Source: an uncultured Poribacteria bacterium (lineage in GTDB: Bacteria; Poribacteria; WGA-4E; WGA-3G). From it: 64,000 bases of DNA. Made by a program: the position numbers and the translations under genes. Shown here one piece after another: positions 1-11,062 of this stretch. Below the pieces are notes generated by a model, which did not search any database, had not been told where the DNA came from, and saw only the letters and a list, made by a program, of their open reading frames with translations. The stretch covers positions 2,912,001 to 2,976,000 of the forward strand of contig OX638351.1 of NCBI GenBank assembly GCA_951813565.1, given 5' to 3'. The stretch's first letter is position 1. Every line of letters begins with the position of its first letter.

Positions 1-1441
1 TGTGAATTTCCTTTGGATTACCCACGTCAAAAAGAAACAGATATCCCCATTCATTCACTCCTGCAAGCCATTTTCCAGAGGAACTGAAGGAAGCATGATC
101 AAGAAGACCAAAGTGATCTCGGTATTGCGCTTCAACGTTACCGGTTTGAATATCTGCCACTTCAACCCAAGGATATTTGCTATAAGCAATTCGTTTGCTA
201 TCTGGAGAAATGGCAACACCTTTTTCAAAAAAATAAAATCCAGAAATCAAAAAACGTATATGTTGTGAGGGAATATCCCAGACTTTAATAAAATTGGAAT
301 CAACAGTGACCATTGTTTGACCGTCAGGACTTAGCTTAGGTACCCCACCCACAAAATCAGTGAATACTTTCAACTGCTGTCTGGTTTCGGTTTTCCAGAG
401 TTCAATAACGCCTCCCCACCAAAAACTCCCGTCATATTGAAGAAGCATGGTTTTTCCGTCTGGTGATAATATCATCTGTTGCAATGCCATAAAATCGTTT
501 CCGAATGTGTCAATTTGTTGACCTGATTTAACATCCCATATATATACATTTTTATCCGCAGCATATAGGTGTTGACTGTTTGCACTAAATACCACATCTG
601 AAATTCTGGTTTCATCAATCGGTTCTCTCCATAACAGTTGTCTTGTCGCGATATCCCACATATACACAAGGTCCGATTTGCTTTCAAATGAAGCGAGGTA
701 TATTCCATCTGGACTGATAGCCAATCCATCAACCCAATTACCTGTATGTCCCTCAAAATGTCCTACCAATTGACGTGCTTCAACATCCCATAACTCTATA
801 TCTGGCCGTTTGGATGCGACGATGAGGTGCTTTCCGTCTGGAGTAAACACCATATCATCATTCGTTTCAGGTCTTGAACAATACTTAGCAATACCGTTCC
901 CGTTTAATTCCTTAACCACATAACAAGGTTCGCGCTTGCGTCGATTGCCTGCCATTGTTCCAACAAGTTCTCCGGTTTGCCAATTCCATAAATGAATCTC
1001 ATTATTATAGGTGGTGGCAAACAAGAGATGAGTGGGGCTAAATGCTGCTATCTCCGTTCTGTGTCCTATTTCCCATTCGGATATTTGTTCTTGTGTATTG
1101 ACATCCCAAATGTTTACGGTAGTTGATTTTGAAGCAGAAGAGTAGTCCAGGGTGGCTAAATGTGTAGCATTTGGACTAAACACAATATCGCTACCTCTGG
1201 TGCGGTTACCGAACTCGTCAATTATTTTTCCCGTTTCACGGTCAACAATCTGGAAATTTGGACCTAAATATGGAACACGCAAAATGGTCTGATCAGTGAG
1301 AAAGGCGTGTTTTTCTGGAGGTCGCTGCCCAAGCGTGGCGATAGGTTCAATCGCTTGCACCAAACAGGGAACACAAGCAATGCAAATCAGAGCAACATAG
1401 AAATGAAGGTTTTGTCTGAAATGAGCAATAAGTGTTTTCAT
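1..1441 (-). CDS. Exported WD40-repeat protein (3' end runs off the window)
   Basis: Not in the ORF track. Manual translation from ATG 1441 (alternative 1447): MKTLIAHFRQNLHFYVALICIACVPCLVQAIEPIATLGQRPPEKHAFL..., with repeated FSPDG/IWDV motifs and no stop found toward the window edge. Paralog of the 1767-4056 gene. Confidence 0.85.
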   Translation of the reverse strand, partial: MKTLIAHFRQNLHFYVALICIACVPCLVQAIEPIATLGQRPPEKHAFLTDQTILRVPYLGPNFQIVDRETGKIIDEFGNRTRGSDIVFSPNATHLATLDYSSASKSTTVNIWDVNTQEQISEWEIGHRTEIAAFSPTHLLFATTYNNEIHLWNWQTGELVGTMAGNRRKREPCYVVKELNGNGIAKYCSRPETNDDMVFTPDGKHLIVASKRPDIELWDVEARQLVGHFEGHTGNWVDGLAISPDGIYLASFESKSDLVYMWDIATRQLLWREPIDETRISDVVFSANSQHLYAADKNVYIWDVKSGQQIDTFGNDFMALQQMILSPDGKTMLLQYDGSFWWGGVIELWKTETRQQLKVFTDFVGGVPKLSPDGQTMVTVDSNFIKVWDIPSQHIRFLISGFYFFEKGVAISPDSKRIAYSKYPWVEVADIQTGNVEAQYRDHFGLLDHASFSSSGKWLAGVNEWGYLFLFDVGNPKEIH

Positions 1442-1552
1442 GTTCATGTGTATCTCCAAATTTGTAGATTAACATCTAACACAATCCAATTTCATCTGCT
1501 GAGAAGCTTGGCTGAAAAGAGTTCTTTGTTGTTACATGTATTGATAACAGGC

Positions 1553-1567
1553 GCAATTTTTGTGCCA
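1553..1567 (-). promoter_or_regulatory. Sigma54 (-24/-12) promoter
   Basis: TGGCAC-AAAAA-TTGC on the minus strand, ~110 bp upstream of the WD40 gene. Confidence 0.65.
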
Positions 1568-1766
1568 AAGACAATTGACGGGAGAAGCGCAGAAATACAA
1601 TGCAAGGAAGGATTGAATACGAATAGCCTGCACAAGAACGTGCAACGGCACCTGACATTGCACAATTTTGGGCATCCACTGACCACCCGCCAATTCTCAA
1701 TCAACCAAACGGGTGATGTTGCAACCATTGAGTGCAAAGATGTATTGGTACGCTGCCAAATCCATC

Positions 1767-4056
1767 TCATTTCCGAATTAGCATTTTGCGTGTAGCGGAG
1801 AAGTCACCTGTATTGATGGTATAGAGATAAACACCACTGCTCACCGGTTCGCCTTTATCATTGCGTCCATCCCAAGGCACTGCTTGCGATTGTGAGGAAT
1901 AATCCCCCGCAGACAAGATTCCAGGGGATAGTGAGCGGACTAACTTACCTGTTGGGGTATAGATGCGAATTGTGACATGGCGCTCATCTGCGAGTCTGAA
2001 CGGAATCCAAGTTTCTGGATTGAATGGGTTAGGAAAGTTTTGTAGCAGCTGGTTACGCTTTATTTGTCCGAGTGTAACGAACTTCTTACCTTTAGGTTCA
2101 ACAGCGGTAGGTTGAGGTTGTGGAGGTAAGAGTTTTGTTGCATCCCATATCTGAATTTGTCCCGAATCATCGTAAGATGCCAGAACAGCGCCATTCTGAC
2201 TGAGGTCAAAATATTCGGATATCGGCTGGTGGTCAATTTGTGTATTTGTCTGCCAGTTCCAGATTTGAAGGATGCGATCTTGTTCACCTAATAGATACCA
2301 ACCATCTGGGCTAAAGTGTACTGGAAAACCTACTTCTAAAGTTGTCGCAAGTTGTGGATTATCTGGTAGTAGTTCCCAAATTTGGATTTCTTCTCGTCTG
2401 GGAACTGCCAAAACTATTGAACCATTTGCGTCAGATACAAACGCTGCTCTTGAATATGAAAAACTATCAAGTTTAGGTGCCTGCCATGTATATTGAAAGT
2501 GGAAAATATCTCCCTCGCGTTTCCATAATAATATCCAATATTGCCAACCTTGATTGTTGTACGTGCGTGTTGAAGCTGCCAAATATTCGTCATTTTCACT
2601 GAAGGTAAAATATGAGCTGATGTCAATATCAGGTGCATCGCCCGTAGAAACTATCTGATTCATTTCTGGATTTTCAACATTGAAGAGTTGGATATTGCTA
2701 TGCCTCCTTACTGCCACCCATTTACCAGATGAACTGAATGTAATGTCAGTAATTCCTTGGTGGTACTTAAATTGCGTAACAACTTTCCCTGTCTGTAGAT
2801 CGCGCACCTCAATCCAAGGGTCCCGACCAACCGCCAGTTTTTGCCCGTCAGGAGAGATGGAAAATTCTCGGAATAGGCTATTTTCAACAGAAGTGAATAG
2901 ACGCATCTGTTGTGAAGAGATGTCCCATGCCTTTATTGAGTTTCGAGATACAGAGACTAAGGACCTACCGTCAGGTGTTAAAGCATTATCCCAGCCACTG
3001 ATATAATCAGTCCACACTTTCAACTGCTTCCTTTTTTCAACATCCCATAATACAACAGCATCTTGATAATGCAGGATCGCTGTTTTCCCGTTTGGCGATA
3101 GCGTCATTGACTTTAACGACCGAAACTCGCTACCGAATGTATCAATCTGTTGTCCTGATTTGACATCCCAGACGCGCACCTGATCGTCCCATCCTCGCCA
3201 ACCACCCTTGCCATTTCCTTGTAACGCACTTGTCCGGTTCGCAACATATAAATGTCTACTGTTCAGAACTAAATGCTATAGCAACAACATGCCCCGTGCC
3301 ACCTCCTTTGTGCCATAACATCTGTTGCGTATTAAAATCCCATGCATAAAATGAACCTGAATTTAACGTGTACATTGCAATGGTCGTGTCATCAGGACTG
3401 ATGACTAATGCTTCAGCACTGCTAACGTTTTCCCCTACAAACTGTGCCTCTAAGCTGCGTGTTTCAATGTTCCATAACTCAAGCTTAGAATTGTTTGCAG
3501 CAACAATGAGATGACGACCGTCTTTACTAAAAACCATTGCCCGATCTGATGGCAAATCCTCACGTATCAACTTTCCAATAGTTTCCCCATTTTGCCAGTT
3601 CCATAGATGTATTTCACGAGCGATAGCAGTCGCAAATATAGGTTGTGTAGGACTAAACGCTGTTTCATCATCAGATATGCGAGCTGCTATCTCCCATCGG
3701 GCTATAAGTTGCCTGTTATTGACATCCCAGATGTTTACGGTGGTCATCAATGAATTTATCGTGCGATTCAAAATTGCTAAATGTTCCGCAGTCGGACTAA
3801 ATACTACACTGCTATAACGCGTCCGCTCACCGAATTCGTCTGTGACCGCACCTGTTTTGACATTTATGACCTGAATATGTGTTGGTACAACGCGTACAAT
3901 CGTTTCATTGTTAAGAAACGCGTGCTGTTCTGGAATCGGTTGTCCAATTGTGCCAATAGGTTCAATACCAAATGTAACAGGCGGAATCCCTGCAATGCTA
4001 ATAAGGATAAGAAAAGCCAGCAAGTTTTGTTTAAAAAGGGCGGTAAATGTTTTCAT
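1767..4056 (-). pseudogene. Exported WD40-repeat protein with C-terminal FlgD-Ig/T9SS-CTD-like domain, split by a +1 frameshift
   Basis: ORFs 3256-4056 and 1767-3179 join into ~762 aa if one extra base at ~3262 is removed (FSS-D-SRHLYVAN; the paralog reads FSANSQHLYAAD). Tail LLQNFPNPFNPETWIPF...SATRKMLIRK. Could be a sequencing indel. Confidence 0.8.
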
Positions 4057-4585
4057 GATGTCTACAAATTACTTTGATGTCTGATTTCGTATCGGATGAA
4101 TCTAACTGTCTATTTGAAGAATTCAGCGTTTAAGCTCTCCCCACATAGTTGTAAGTTTCCCCACTGGCTCAACAGAAAGTGCAGAAACATCTGCCCAAGT
4201 CAAACCATAAGCGGCATTAGGTATTTCAACGAGGCGTCGCATTTTAGAAGTGTGTCGAGAAATAGTATATAGGACGCTTGACCGAGTTTCATGGTAATAG
4301 GAAAAAAATGCGATATAATTATCATCAGGTGACCACGCTACACGATACGTTCGATATGAACCATTTGGATTTAACCTACGATGATTGGTGCTATTCGCCT
4401 TGGCAACGTAAACACCCCCATCACCTGCTGCTGAACCGTATGCAATATGCTTACCATCGTGTGAAAAGCTAAAGAAAGCACCGGGTGTGCCGAGGAATGC
4501 GGCACCTTTGTGAAATAGATTATACTCTTTGGGCCTTCTTGGTTTTGGAATATCAACCTCCCAATATTTTGTCCGACTCGTATTA

Positions 4586-5493
4586 TAGTAAATCCCGTAA
4601 TTACTTATACACTTTTATAATATCATCAATAGAGGTCTCAGCGTTGTATTGACGTATCCGCTTGATGTTGGCGAAATCCTTCTCAATCGGGTTCAACTCC
4701 GGTGAATACGGCGGTAAAAACAACAAACTCGCACCGCAATCCCGGATCAATGCCGCCGTCTGTGAACCTTTGTGGAAAGACGCATTATCCATAATCACAA
4801 CATGGCTATCGTCAAGCAATGGACACAACATTTCCGAAAGCCAACTGTTGAAGGCGACCGCGTCGCAACTGCCCTCGAAAAGCACAGGTGCTGTGAAACA
4901 TCCATCAAGCCTTGCAGCAATCAGCGTCGTGGTGGTATACCGATGGCTTGGCACTTTATCTTCAACACGGACACCTTTCGGGGCATAAGCATACCGACGG
5001 AAAGTGGTTTCAGTGAAACCACTTTCGTCAAGATAAACCGGTGTTTTGCCATGCGCCTGTGTCTCTTGTTGAAGTGCCGAAAGATACTCTTGGCGTTTTA
5101 TCGGACACTGTTCTTTGTAGGTCGTGGTCTTTTTTTTCGCGTGATATTGAGTTTTGAGAAGGCATAAAAGATGCCATTTGTTGAAACACCGAAGTGTTTA
5201 GCACGTTCGGCGAGTGTGGAATCTGGGAAATCGGCAACATGTTGCTGAAGTGCGTCATAATCAATATCTCGGGGCCCTTTGGGTCCCGGTTTTTCACAGG
5301 CGAAGGGGTCTTCTGCTTCCAACCAGTTATAGATCGTTCTTCTTGAGACACGAAAAGTGCGTTCTGCGGCGGCTTTACTGCCACCATTATTGATGAAATC
5401 AAGCACGCGTTTGCGTAAATCTGTTGAATATGCCATAATTATAAAGGCTAGCATAAATCCCAGAAAATGTAAACTTATTTTCAATATCTACTA
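4586..5493 (-). mobile_element. IS630-family insertion sequence (908 bp)
   Basis: TA duplication (4584-4585 and 5494-5495); imperfect TIRs TAGTAAATCCCGTAATTA / TAGTAGATATTGAAAATA; contains a transposase. Confidence 0.92.
4601..5436 (-). CDS. IS630 transposase, two frames joined by a -1 frameshift at A8G
   Basis: HTH frame MAYSTDLRKRVL...; slippery AAAAAAAAG at 5137-5129; the -1 frame carries the DDE motifs YLDESGF, IMDNASFH, SPELNPIE. Confidence 0.88.
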
Positions 5494-5970
5494 TAAAATC
5501 CATATAAAAAATCGAACGTGAATCTGGTGCCCATACGAGCCGTCGTAGACGTCGTTGATGGGATGTTAATTGGCGGACTTCTCCACTTTGAACGGAGATA
5601 AGAAAGATTTCAGAAATCCCAGGGCTAAGGCCGAGATACGCAATCCACTTTCCATCAGGAGACCATGCGAAATCCCAATATAGTTGAACATCAAGTCTTA
5701 TTTCTTTGATACGCTTACCAGTTCCTGTTTCACATATCTCAAGTACCTGTCCCGGTCGCCACACGGCTAAATATCGACCATCATGTGATGGTCGGGCGGC
5801 AGGTGCGTCAAACAACTTGGTGGGTTTGGTTCCGTTAGTCTTGATTGCATAGACACCGTCGCCTCCGATAGTATAGATTATATAGTCTTTTGCCCAAGAT
5901 AAATTGGCAATGAGTAAACAACCGATTACAGACCAAAATATAACTGTTAGAAGGATTCTTTTTGAAGATT

Positions 5971-6852
5971 TCATTTTTTAAGTTGTCCCCATGTAGTTGT
6001 GAGTTTGACTTGTGCATTAACTGCAAGCGGGATAGTAGTCTTTGCGCCATTTTTACCCATCAGATGATACCCATTTTCCGATGAATCTAAGAACATCCGC
6101 TCCCTACTCGGTTCATCAAAATGCCATAACGCGACAGTCTTTCCATCATTTCTAAACTTTTCTTCAGGTAAAAATCTCTTTTTGTCAATGTCGTAACGAG
6201 CATCAGTTGAAATGCGTACCTCATCAATATATCCTGTAAAGGAATGCCAAAAGAAGCCACCTAAATTGGGTGGTTGAATTTGCTTCCCAAAACCACCGAG
6301 CGTAAAGTCCTTTGGACGCCAGAATTTTGATAAATCATCTCCAATAATTGTTCCTTGTCCCATCGTTTTGACAACTTCATTAACGATGGTCGACGTCCGT
6401 TTTCCTTTTGCCTGAAAAGCGATGTGATGCCACTGATTCAAACTGAGGGTGATCGGAAAAAACGGTGTTACTGCATCCCCACCCCATCCGGCAACATGTG
6501 CATCGGTTATTAGGAGCAGGTCCCCTTTCTTCCAATCAATACGATTCTTTACGAACTGATATCCGGCATAATCATCGCTTACAACGCGCATTCGCACTTG
6601 TTGACTGAGGATGATTGCGGTAATATTGTCGTCAGGGGGCTTTGTCGGATAAACCCACGCTTCAACGGTGAATTCATCTGTGTCTGCAGGTAAAAGTATA
6701 CCAAATGTTTCAAAGTCCAATTCAGCGTAATCATCTACACCGTCAAGAACTAAATAGTTGCCACCTGCCGGCGAAGGTGGTGCTGCTTTGGCACGGAACG
6801 GAATCATCAATGTAAGAAATAGTACACATGTAAATATACGTAGATATATCAT
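5971..6852 (-). CDS. Exported LamG/concanavalin-like domain protein
   Basis: Signal peptide; FTVEAWVYP, QWHHIAF, FTGYIDEVRIS; tail AVNAQVKLTTTWGQLKK. Confidence 0.85.
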   Translation of the reverse strand: MIYLRIFTCVLFLTLMIPFRAKAAPPSPAGGNYLVLDGVDDYAELDFETFGILLPADTDEFTVEAWVYPTKPPDDNITAIILSQQVRMRVVSDDYAGYQFVKNRIDWKKGDLLLITDAHVAGWGGDAVTPFFPITLSLNQWHHIAFQAKGKRTSTIVNEVVKTMGQGTIIGDDLSKFWRPKDFTLGGFGKQIQPPNLGGFFWHSFTGYIDEVRISTDARYDIDKKRFLPEEKFRNDGKTVALWHFDEPSRERMFLDSSENGYHLMGKNGAKTTIPLAVNAQVKLTTTWGQLKK

Positions 6853-7250
6853 TTATTTTCCTCCTTTTTGTCTGTAATCGTGTAAAACTGGACTGTATCA
6901 ATATGGCCCGTCCCCGTCGTTGTAGGTTTGATGATTTTGATAGCGTCTGTCTCAGCAATAAGAAAAATTTCATACGGAAACCTAATTCCCCCTGGTATTT
7001 TCTTCTTCGGTTCCCATCGATTGCGTTTGTCACGCACATAAATCTCAATGTTTTGGGTCTTTCCCCTGCCGAGCAGCACAATTTTGCGCACATCTGCTTT
7101 TTCTGGCATAGAAAAAATCATCCCGTAGAATACCGCCTTTTCGTCAACTGGCTGCTCAATCAAGACATATTCCTGTTCTGTAAAAAGTGCAGCGCAGCCG
7201 ATAACCGGTAAATAGATCGGTATAAAGAGTAGGTATTTCCATCTAATCAT
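6849..7250 (-). CDS. Hypothetical lipoprotein
   Basis: Lipobox-like VIGC after a hydrophobic stretch; 4-nt overlap with the LamG gene. Confidence 0.7.
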   Translation of the reverse strand: MIRWKYLLFIPIYLPVIGCAALFTEQEYVLIEQPVDEKAVFYGMIFSMPEKADVRKIVLLGRGKTQNIEIYVRDKRNRWEPKKKIPGGIRFPYEIFLIAETDAIKIIKPTTTGTGHIDTVQFYTITDKKEENK

Positions 7251-7320
7251 AATTCACCCTCTGCTATATAGTTTTTTAATAAGAGGAACGATTTCGTAGT
7301 TCTATACTTGGCAACACAGC

Positions 7321-7335
7321 GCAATTTTTATGCCA
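7321..7335 (-). promoter_or_regulatory. Sigma54 (-24/-12) promoter
   Basis: TGGCAT-AAAAA-TTGC, 70 bp upstream of the lipoprotein-LamG-TolB-WD40 cluster. Confidence 0.65.
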
Positions 7336-7587
7336 AAGATAATGTTATGGTAAAACAGGCTAAATCAGGATTTTTTGCCAATTCGTATAACAGAGTATCA
7401 GGTTACTGTTCAATTTCTGGACAAGTATGTTTAAAAAGTAGTCTTAACTTCAGATCGGGTGCGTCAGAATTTCTTGACGCACGTTGATTTTTCAAGTATA
7501 CTTGAGCAGCGTAATAGATATTGTCTTCGGAAGAGAAACCTCGTTATCTTATCGCTAAGTCTCAGTAACTTGATAACTGGAGGTTGG

Positions 7588-10020
7588 ATGTTGAAACAGA
7601 TTTTTTCTATAGTAACCCTCATTGGAATCATTTTGGTTGGGGATACTTTGGCACAGTTGACACAAGACAAGGAGGAGTCTATGGTTGAACGTTGGGGAAT
7701 ATATGAATTGACACTGAATGGACAAAATACGGAAAACCCGTTTATTGAGGTAGAATTAACAGCAGAATTTAAACGCTGTGATATAAAAGGGGGTCGCACT
7801 TTTGAACCACACGGGTTCTACGATGGAGACGGAATATACAAAATCCGATTCATGCCTGATGAAGTCGGGGAATGGACCTATACTACAAAAAGCAACAGCG
7901 CTGAACTCAACGGCAAAACGGGGCAGTTTACATGCATTGAACCGTCCGATAAAAACCACGGACCGGTACAAGTGCATAAGGATTTCTACCTAAAATATGC
8001 TGACGGTACGCCGTATCATCAGTTTGGAACGACGTGCTACGCATGGACACATCAGGGAGAGGCGATGGAGGAACAGACCCTCAAAACCCTCGCTAAAGCC
8101 CCCTTCAACAAGATGCGAATGTGTATCTTTCCGAAGGATTACGTCTACAACAAAAATGAACCTGTCTACTACCCGTATGAAGGAAAACCACTAAAAGATT
8201 GGGATTTCACAAAATTCAACCCCGAATTCTGGCAGCATTTTGAGCAACGCGTACAAGACCTATTAGACCTTGGTATTGAAGCGGATATTATCCTTTTCCA
8301 CACCTATGATCGATGGGATTTTGAGAATATGGATGCTGAAAGCGATGATCGGTATATCCGTTATGCCGTTGCGCGCTTGGCGGCTTTCCGTAATGTTTGG
8401 TGGTCACTGGCAAATGAATATGACATTATGCCTGCGAAAGAGGAATCTGATTGGGATCGGTTTTTCCAGATTATCCGTGACCATGACCCGTATCAGCGCT
8501 TACGTGGAATTCACAACTGCAGAGGTTGGTATGACCACAGTAAACCTTGGGTGACGCATACCAGTATCCAAACTTCTAATATGGCACAAGGTATCCGTTA
8601 TCGCACCCAATACGGCAAACCTGTTATCTACGATGAATGTCGTTATGAAGGGGATATTCCACACGGATGGGGAAATATCACCGCACGGCAGATGGTGCAA
8701 CACTTTTGGGCAGGAACTGTTTCAGGGTGCTACGTCGGACATGGCGAAACATACAAACATCCTGAAGACCTGCTGTGGTGGGCGAAAGGTGGTGTCCTAC
8801 GCGGTGAAAGTCCACCTCGGATAGCATTTCTCAAAGATTTCATGGCAGATGCACCACCATTTGATACGCTTGAACCGGTTGGGGATGACGCGGGGCGATA
8901 CGTCCTCGCTAAACAGGGAGAATACTACCTTGTTTACACTACCGAACCGCAAACGATAACAGTCCAACTGCCCGGAGACCGACCTTATAAAATTGATGGT
9001 GTTGATACGTGGAACATGAAGGTCCTACCTATCGGCACTGCACAACCAGGCGAATATACGTTCGCTTCCCCGCAAAGTGATTTTGCATACCGTTTTACGC
9101 CTTACGCACCGGGTGAGAAAATCCGTCCTGAAGCAAAAGCATCCGCTGATGTTCTGCAAGGCAGCGCACCGCTAACAGTTGCTTTCTCGGCTGCAGGCGA
9201 TTTAACACAGCACTGGGATTTCGGTGATGGCACAACATCCGATGAATCGAATCCAACACACATCTATGAAAAACTTGGGCAATACACAGCCACGCTTCAG
9301 GTTACCGACGCTGAAGGCATATCGTCAACGACAGCGCTGACAATTAATGTGTTACCAGCCGTTCCCGCTAATATAGGGACTCACACAGAATTTCCTGGTT
9401 CACGCGATGATCTCATTATTCTCTGTTATGACCCATTTTATAGCAGCGAACTTGAAACACGTGGTGGCGCAAAATTCACTGAAGATGGACAGATGAATCT
9501 AACCGGTGGCTCGTTCGTAGTTAAGAATGAGAATGGGACGCTACTTGCTGCCTGCCAGCAAAGCAATCAATTAACGATTGAATGTCTTGTTACCACAGAT
9601 AACCTCAATCAGAGCGGTCCAGCACGTATCATCTCATTTTCAAAGGATGTTACCCATCGGAACTTTACCCTCGGACAAGATGGTAATCGCTTTGCTGTTA
9701 GGATCCGCACACCGCGAACTGGTACAAATGGCATGGGCGGCGAATTCTCTTTCGGTAAAATTGAATCGGGGAAACCAACGCATGTTATCGTGAGTTATTT
9801 TGCTGGGAACGTCTACTGCTATGTTGACGGAGAGTTAGTCCACTCTGGCAGCGGAATACAGGGTGACTTCAGCAATTGGGAGTTATACCCACTCCTTTTC
9901 GGTGACGAAGCAAGTGGTGGTAGAAATTGGGAAGGCAAACTGAGTCACGTGGCGATTTATAGTCGTTTTGTTGGTTTGGAAGAAGCTGCGCATAAGTTTA
10001 AGATTATTCAAGGTGAATGA
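7588..10020 (+). CDS. Exported DUF5060/DUF4038 (apiosidase-like glycoside hydrolase) protein with PKD and LamG domains
   Basis: GGAGG RBS before ATG 7588; FYDGDG..YKIRFMP, WSLANEY catalytic-type motif, PKD (WDFGDG), C-terminal LamG. Confidence 0.75.
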   Translation: MLKQIFSIVTLIGIILVGDTLAQLTQDKEESMVERWGIYELTLNGQNTENPFIEVELTAEFKRCDIKGGRTFEPHGFYDGDGIYKIRFMPDEVGEWTYTTKSNSAELNGKTGQFTCIEPSDKNHGPVQVHKDFYLKYADGTPYHQFGTTCYAWTHQGEAMEEQTLKTLAKAPFNKMRMCIFPKDYVYNKNEPVYYPYEGKPLKDWDFTKFNPEFWQHFEQRVQDLLDLGIEADIILFHTYDRWDFENMDAESDDRYIRYAVARLAAFRNVWWSLANEYDIMPAKEESDWDRFFQIIRDHDPYQRLRGIHNCRGWYDHSKPWVTHTSIQTSNMAQGIRYRTQYGKPVIYDECRYEGDIPHGWGNITARQMVQHFWAGTVSGCYVGHGETYKHPEDLLWWAKGGVLRGESPPRIAFLKDFMADAPPFDTLEPVGDDAGRYVLAKQGEYYLVYTTEPQTITVQLPGDRPYKIDGVDTWNMKVLPIGTAQPGEYTFASPQSDFAYRFTPYAPGEKIRPEAKASADVLQGSAPLTVAFSAAGDLTQHWDFGDGTTSDESNPTHIYEKLGQYTATLQVTDAEGISSTTALTINVLPAVPANIGTHTEFPGSRDDLIILCYDPFYSSELETRGGAKFTEDGQMNLTGGSFVVKNENGTLLAACQQSNQLTIECLVTTDNLNQSGPARIISFSKDVTHRNFTLGQDGNRFAVRIRTPRTGTNGMGGEFSFGKIESGKPTHVIVSYFAGNVYCYVDGELVHSGSGIQGDFSNWELYPLLFGDEASGGRNWEGKLSHVAIYSRFVGLEEAAHKFKIIQGE

Positions 10021-10090
10021 AATCTTTGCAATGTAGGGTGAGGTGTCTGGACCTGGCCATCTACCTATACCGATGCGCTACATTTGAATT

Positions 10091-11062
10091 TTAATCTGAA
10101 TCGAAAAGTGATTGCTGGACGGCATTATTGTGTCCTGCAATCTCAATAGACTCATCTGTTTTAGTGGAAATACATTTAACAATCTGTTCTGCGCCATTAA
10201 CTGGATTCAGACAATTCCCTCCTAACGCGATCAGCTCCGCGTTTCCACGTGGTGAATTGTCAAGGAGACTCGGATCAAGGACAAAAAGCGGTAGATCCAT
10301 GTCTAAAGTGGTTTTGGCAGCACTGAAGGTCCCACTCATTTTACCCTTTTCGTCTCGTTCAGTACCAGATTCAATCACTACAACTGCTTTAGAGAGTGCA
10401 CATACAAGTTTATTCCGAATCATTGCGTTGCTTGCTAACCACTTCACAGCGGGGTCAAATTGTGACACCACCAGTACATCTCGTTTCCAGTCAAATTCCT
10501 TAAATGACTTTTTCTGCTGCAATTCCTTGATGCCGTAAGGCAGCACTATTGTTGTTGTCCCTTCTACTTCTAACGCTCCTAAATGTGCTTCGGAATCTAC
10601 CCCTTTAGCGTATCCAGAGACAACATTTATACCTTTGTTCGCAAGATCACCAGCCAACTTTCTTGCAACGCTACTTCCTTTATCGGACACATTTCGTGCT
10701 CCAACAATTGCAACACTATCAAACATAAGACGTTTTCTTTGACCTTTAGTGAACAATACAGGAGAGATTTCAAGAAGATTAGGTGGAAAATCGGAATGCC
10801 CTGGATATATAATTTCAATTCCCAAATTTTTAAGTTGCTCATACTCCTCCAACACCTTCTCTCTATCCTCGTCGCGAATTTTACCGTTCAAAATTTTCGC
10901 CAATCCTGGAAATTGTGTTGAAAGGTCGTTTTGGTTACGCGGCAACATTTCAGGGTCAAGTTGCTGTGTTTCCAACATCTTGGCAATTGATGTGAGAGAT
11001 TTCGGACCAATACCCCGTGTCTTAAAGAGACGGAACCAAAAATAATCTCTGTTAATACTCAT
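10091..11062 (-). CDS. DprA/Smf-family DNA-processing protein
   Basis: VAIVGAR, VVSGYAKGVD, RNKLVCALSKAVVVIES motifs. Confidence 0.88.
   Translation of the reverse strand: MSINRDYFWFRLFKTRGIGPKSLTSIAKMLETQQLDPEMLPRNQNDLSTQFPGLAKILNGKIRDEDREKVLEEYEQLKNLGIEIIYPGHSDFPPNLLEISPVLFTKGQRKRLMFDSVAIVGARNVSDKGSSVARKLAGDLANKGINVVSGYAKGVDSEAHLGALEVEGTTTIVLPYGIKELQQKKSFKEFDWKRDVLVVSQFDPAVKWLASNAMIRNKLVCALSKAVVVIESGTERDEKGKMSGTFSAAKTTLDMDLPLFVLDPSLLDNSPRGNAELIALGGNCLNPVNGAEQIVKCISTKTDESIEIAGHNNAVQQSLFDSD

Larger units (their letters stand above)
4123..5974 (-). pseudogene. TolB-like (PD40) beta-propeller protein interrupted by an IS630 element
   Basis: N-half MKSSKRILL...WAPDSRSIFYMDF. The C-half resumes in frame after the IS: NTSRTKYWEV...AWSPDD...LSVEPVGKLTTMWGELKR*. 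Removing the IS and one TA restores a 313-aa ORF. Confidence 0.9.

Noticed and set aside
3256..3258. TAG read-through (pyrrolysine) joining the two WD40 ORFs
   Set aside because: The downstream half is in a different frame, so it is a frameshift
1..4056. Diversity-generating retroelement template/variable repeats between the paralogs
   Set aside because: Similarity is at the protein level and diverged; I saw no adenine-specific repeat pair and no reverse transcriptase
5399..5493. C-terminus IVDIENKFTF... of the 191-aa track ORF
   Set aside because: It is read-through into the IS630 end, not native sequence
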